Assembly: GCA_965224275.1 (NCBI GenBank)
Contig: CBDCYR010000002.1
Coordinates: 192,902-256,901, forward strand
DNA: 64,000 nt
Origin: Alphaproteobacteria bacterium
GTDB lineage: Bacteria; Pseudomonadota; Alphaproteobacteria; SHVV01
Reading direction: 5' to 3'
Made by a program: the position numbers and the translations under genes. The notes beneath the pieces are model-generated. The model had not been told where the DNA came from, did not search any database, and saw nothing but the letters and a program-made list of their open reading frames with translations. Positions 60,640-64,000 of this stretch are shown piece by piece (position 1 is the first letter of the stretch; the number at the start of each line of letters is the position of its first letter).

Positions 60640-61172
60640 GCGCGCTTCACCCAGCATTCGATCTGCCACTCGACGGCGCCGGCGGCATCGCGTTTATCAT
60701 AATTGACGCGCGACTTCTTGAGCTTGGCGCGAGCGACTTTCGCCAGGCCATCGCGCAGGTCGGCTGGCAGTTCGTCGATGTCGAGATTGAGGCGGACCGG
60801 CGTGAGAGGTTTACGCGATGCCGTGGTCGACTTCTTGGCAGCGGACTTCTTCTTCGACGGACCCTTGTCGTTCCCCCAAATCGCATCCCAGCCGCTGCGA
60901 TATTCCGGCGTCTTAACATTGGAGAAATAGCCGTAGTGGACTTCCTTGGAGCCGCCAATGGATTCGCGCGCCGATTTTTCAGCGCTGCCACTGCCACTGT
61001 CGGATTTGCTCTTATCCGATGTGCTCTTGTCGGATTTGCTTGTGTCAGATGTGCTCTTGTCAGATGCATCGGACGCGGTTTTGGACTCGGACGTACTCTT
61101 ATCCGATTTGCTTTTGGCCGCGCTGCCGCTATCGGCTTTGGCTGATTTGGGCTTCGTTTTGGTATCGCTCAT
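60636..61172 (-). CDS. Lys/Ser/Asp-rich low-complexity protein with a conserved C-terminal segment
   Basis: Start chosen at the internal ATG (RC of 61170-61172): 'MSDTKTKPKSAKADSGSAAKSKSDKSTSESKTASDASDKSTSDTSKSDKSTSDKSKSD...' followed by '...LPADLRDGLAKVARAKLKKSRVNYDKRDAAGAVEWQIECWVKRA'. The stop codon (60636-60638) falls inside the IS terminal repeat. Confidence 0.5.
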   Translation of the reverse strand: MSDTKTKPKSAKADSGSAAKSKSDKSTSESKTASDASDKSTSDTSKSDKSTSDKSKSDSGSGSAEKSARESIGGSKEVHYGYFSNVKTPEYRSGWDAIWGNDKGPSKKKSAAKKSTTASRKPLTPVRLNLDIDELPADLRDGLAKVARAKLKKSRVNYDKRDAAGAVEWQIECWVKRA

Positions 61173-61458
61173 CGTGCTTTTCGGGTTGCCGTGGGGACCG
61201 GGGTCTGCGCCGACGGGATACACAAAGGTGCCGGGGAATTCAAGAAGCTTGTTGGGCCTCAAGGAATAAGAAGCGGAAATAACAAGTGGGATTGAGAGGT
61301 GGGTCAGGTGCTGGGGAGGGGGAACGGTAGGCGCTTCAAAAACGACCGCGGGCGGGAGATATGCCGGCCCCTTCCAATATGTGGGGCGCCTATTAAACCT
61401 GCTAGCAAGTGTCGTTAGAGATCGTAGACGACCCCGTAACCCGCGCCTCGGGCGTTTG

Positions 61459-62451
61459 TTAGGGGTCGGAAGTCCGCGAGCGCGGACGGGCCAGCGCCAG
61501 ACCGGTAAGTGCCAGCACCAGCGCGGCCCAGGCCCAGGCTGAAGGAACCTCGCCAAAGATCACCATGCCCCAAAACACGCCGGCCAACGTGACGACGTAG
61601 GAAATCTGGCTGGCGAAAACCGCACCGGCATGACGGATCAAATACAGCAGGGATGCGTAGGCCATGAGGTGCAGCAGCGAGACGGCCAGCAGCGCGATCT
61701 CGTGCGGCGCAGCGCTGCGGAAGAAGGCGATGGGAATGCCGGCGACCAGGATTGGCGGGGTGATCATGATGAGGGTGGCCAGGCTCATACCGAGCAGAAG
61801 AGTCAGCGGGCTGTCTTCCACCGGCATCGCCGTTGCGGCGTAGACATCTTCGCCGGCGTAGGACAGCGCGACCACCACAAACACCGTGATCCAGGCCGCG
61901 ATCGCCGGGTCGGGCAGCGCGGTTTCGGGTACCACCAGCACCGCGATCGCCAGCAACCCGAGCAGGACGCCGGAAAGCCGCACCGGATCCCACCCTTCCA
62001 TGCGTATGGCGAGCGCGATCCCGAAGGTCATCAACGGCGACAACGAGAACACGATGGCGATGATCCCGGCCGGTACATGCGGCGCGGCCCAGTAAGACAT
62101 GGCGTTGGGAAACGTGGTGCCGAGCAGGCCAGCGATGAAATAGAACACGAGGTGGCGCCGCGAGAGTGGCAGCGGCGCACGCACCAGCACCAGCCGTGCC
62201 AACAATACCACCGTGAGGATCACGACCTGCCAGAATAGCAGGGTTAGCGGATGATCGCCGCCGGTGGTCGCGAGCTTGGTAAAGCTAATTGCCGCACCCC
62301 AGCCGAGGCCGGCCAACACCAACAAAGCCAGCAGGCGCACGCGATCACGAACGGCGCGAATCCCGGCCTCGGATGCGGGGTTGATGCGGGTCGGGTGAGG
62401 GGGAGGCGTGCGGTCCGGAGCTGGCCATCTGCGTCGTGTCTGCCGCCACAT
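61459..62451 (-). CDS. EamA/DMT-family transporter (10 TM)
   Basis: Repeated 5-TM halves with Gly/Leu/Ala-rich helices. The start is uncertain; the listed frame begins at 62544. Confidence 0.7.
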   Translation of the reverse strand: MWRQTRRRWPAPDRTPPPHPTRINPASEAGIRAVRDRVRLLALLVLAGLGWGAAISFTKLATTGGDHPLTLLFWQVVILTVVLLARLVLVRAPLPLSRRHLVFYFIAGLLGTTFPNAMSYWAAPHVPAGIIAIVFSLSPLMTFGIALAIRMEGWDPVRLSGVLLGLLAIAVLVVPETALPDPAIAAWITVFVVVALSYAGEDVYAATAMPVEDSPLTLLLGMSLATLIMITPPILVAGIPIAFFRSAAPHEIALLAVSLLHLMAYASLLYLIRHAGAVFASQISYVVTLAGVFWGMVIFGEVPSAWAWAALVLALTGLALARPRSRTSDP

Positions 62452-62658
62452 CGGGCAGCGGGTCGTAGGCGGCCCTGAAGCGAGTGCCAGTCGCCGACCT
62501 GCAGAGGAGCGCAGCCGACCCACCTTGTCAACGGACTTGAGCACCGTCGTCGACGCTCACCCGAACGCTATTTGGGATCAAGCGGAGTTGAGATCGACGC
62601 TAATAGTCCGAGAATAGCCCGAGAATGATCATGACCCGCCATCGACGATGGCCGGCGT

Positions 62659-62715
62659 TTAGTTGCCATAGTCGTCACCGCCGCCGCCGCCAAAATCGTT
62701 GCTTGCCTGGCTCAT
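62659..62715 (-). other. Tiny ORF 'MSQASNDFGGGGGDDYGN' with strong Shine-Dalgarno, ~115 nt upstream of the DMT transporter frame
   Basis: 'ACAGGAGACATCCCA-ATG'. It is preceded by a terminator, so it may have its own promoter. Confidence 0.2.
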
Positions 62716-62730
62716 TGGGATGTCTCCTGT

Positions 62731-62760
62731 GGACAAAAAAAGAGCGGCCGCGAGGCCGCT
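62731..62760 (-). terminator. Rho-independent terminator (minus strand)
   Basis: The reverse complement reads 'AGCGGCC-tcgc-GGCCGCT' followed by 'CTTTTTTT'. Confidence 0.5.
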
Positions 62761-62933
62761 TTGTGAGCGCACAGGGACCGCGCGCAATTGAAAATTTCCG
62801 CCCGCTGACGGGGCAAGTGTGGGGTTTACGTCATTTCACAACATTTACAACAAAGGCACGCGGCGCAACGCGCGGTTAGGCCCAATCCACGCATCGAAAC
62901 GGTGGGATCTGCGCGTTGACGAGCGACGCGATG

Positions 62934-63188
62934 TTAGCGCGAATTCTTGCTGCTGCCAATGGTGCCCAGACTGTGCGCGGTGACTATCTCGCCCAGCATC
63001 CGGTCCGCCTTATCGGCGTAGCGCCGGTCGCGCACCAGGCGAAACAGAGCCATCAGCAGACGCGCTTTCTCCTCGGGTTCGAAAACCAATCCGCGCTCGG
63101 AAAAATAGCCTTCGGCCGCACTAACCACATCGGCGAAAAGCAGTTCTTCTTCGCTCCAATTGAATCCATCATCTGCGCTTAGTGTCAT
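62934..63188 (-). CDS. Hypothetical small acidic protein
   Basis: ~84 aa from 'MTLSADDGFNWSEEELLFADV...'. It is protein-like, unlike the overlapping plus-strand frame. No family assignment. Confidence 0.35.
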   Translation of the reverse strand: MTLSADDGFNWSEEELLFADVVSAAEGYFSERGLVFEPEEKARLLMALFRLVRDRRYADKADRMLGEIVTAHSLGTIGSSKNSR

Positions 63189-63427
63189 GCGGTTTCCATC
63201 CCTATCGGCACCGCGCACCGGTCATCCGATCACCGCGATGCCAGACCCATCCGGCCTTATGTTCTCGAGCGCACGAGCAATGGCGCGCGGCGAACACACA
63301 GCAGACCCACTAAACGAACTGGAAACAACCTATGGTTGCATATCTGTCATTTTCTGTCAAAGTTGACACACCCACACCCAAACGGAGCCGCGCTTCCGAC
63401 ATCGAAGGGGATAGACGTCTACCCCCT

Positions 63428-63645
63428 AATGGTTACCACCCGTTCGGGTGCAGCACCATTCGGTATACTCCCTAGTAGCGAAAGCTTTCACCGCCGCAAC
63501 CGCGTAGCATGGGTCGTCTAATTTCCCCTGGGAGGGTGGAAATCCGGTGCCAACAAGCGGTGCCGGCGCAAGTTTTCCCAGCACACCCGCGCCGTTGAAC
63601 TCGCCTGAGCTGGCGAATGCAACGAGGCGGTACATACTACCCAAC
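63428..63645 (+). ncRNA. Candidate cobalamin (B12) riboswitch aptamer
   Basis: The core reads '...TGGGAGG-GTGGAAATCC-GGTGCC...CCCGCGCCGTTGAAC'. 'GGTGGAAATCC' fits the conserved GGUG-n-AA-n-UCC element, and a 'CCCGC...' segment follows. A strong terminator lies downstream. No obvious regulated ORF is visible inside the window. Confidence 0.4.
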
Positions 63646-63650
63646 AGCAG

Positions 63651-63690
63651 TTACCTCTGGGGCGGTCTTCGGACCGCCCTTTTTATTTGC
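63651..63690 (+). terminator. Rho-independent terminator (expression-platform-like)
   Basis: 'GGGCGGTC-ttcg-GACCGCCC' hairpin followed by 'TTTTTATTT'. Confidence 0.6.
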
Positions 63691-64000
63691 CGCTGGTTTC
63701 CGATGCGTTTGTCGTTGACCGTGGGTTCGCACGAGGTATGCGTTTACGTATCGCATCCAACCTTGGCGTCGCCGCAGTTGCGTTTGGGCCGTGACGACCC
63801 GCCTCAGGCGGCGTCCCCACTCGCTTCCCCACCCGCGTCCCCACTTTTGGCAATTCGCGCCAACATCGCATCGATCTCGCGCCGCATGACCGCGGCATCA
63901 TCGTCCTGCCAGGCCAGCCGTTGACAGGGACCGGCCCAGGGATATTGCTCTCCGACGTCGAGTCCGATTCGAACTCGCCACCAATCGGCATTGGTGCATG

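Noticed and set aside
63547-63924. 125-aa plus-strand ORF downstream of the riboswitch candidate
   Set aside because: The composition (Ser/Pro/Arg/Ala runs) is not protein-like. It overlaps the riboswitch and terminator.
1-64000. CRISPR arrays, rRNA or tRNA genes
   Set aside because: No regularly spaced short direct repeats and no rRNA- or tRNA-like conserved stretches were seen on visual scan. tRNA detection by eye is unreliable, so this is not a definitive exclusion.

Overview
High-GC (~62%) sequence that looks alphaproteobacterial, with at least four recognisable zones. All calls come from reading the supplied six-frame translations and DNA by eye against remembered domain signatures. No database search or folding was run, so family names are motif-level assignments.

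(1) 0-12 kb: a catabolic-looking cluster on the minus strand. It holds amidohydrolase-2, two TauD/TfdA dioxygenases, a frameshifted YbiX-like 2OG hydroxylase, an amidase, a CBS protein and an alpha/beta hydrolase. A plus-strand amidohydrolase and a giant multi-PAS hybrid histidine kinase sit alongside.

(2) 12-30 kb: a dense two-component signalling island. It starts with a FixJ-type regulator. Next is a >5 kb multi-PAS 'dual-core' sensor kinase gene wrecked by an in-frame TAG, a frameshift and an IS5-family insertion. Then come a CheY-like regulator, a frameshifted REC-cyclase, a 9xPAS kinase and a Cys-free SUOX-fold periplasmic protein. A membrane hybrid kinase and a PAS kinase-REC with a frameshift inside REC follow.

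(3) 30-42 kb: mixed housekeeping and accessory genes. These include a DUF385/F420-type reductase, AEC and MFS transporters, cupin, SnoaL-like, TetR and cytochrome P460-like proteins, a deleted dienelactone hydrolase, a tandem ABM protein, an acidic repeat protein, a VPLPA-CTERM protein and several eroded gene fragments.

(4) 42-61 kb: an IS-saturated accessory region. One CHASE-like/PAS hybrid kinase gene is cut into three pieces by two different IS1595-family elements. One of these elements is a 1754-bp transporter-IS carrying a low-GC passenger gene of unknown function. Also present are an IS110 remnant, an ISNCY/IS1202-like element with a 17-bp target duplication abutting an IS256-family element, and a frameshifted VPLPA-CTERM gene plus an orphan VPLPA tail. 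A split PEP-synthase-like pair with an MFS exporter and an IS1182/IS5-like element complete the zone.

The 3' end of the window carries a DMT transporter, a tiny Gly-rich ORF and a candidate cobalamin riboswitch with a terminator.
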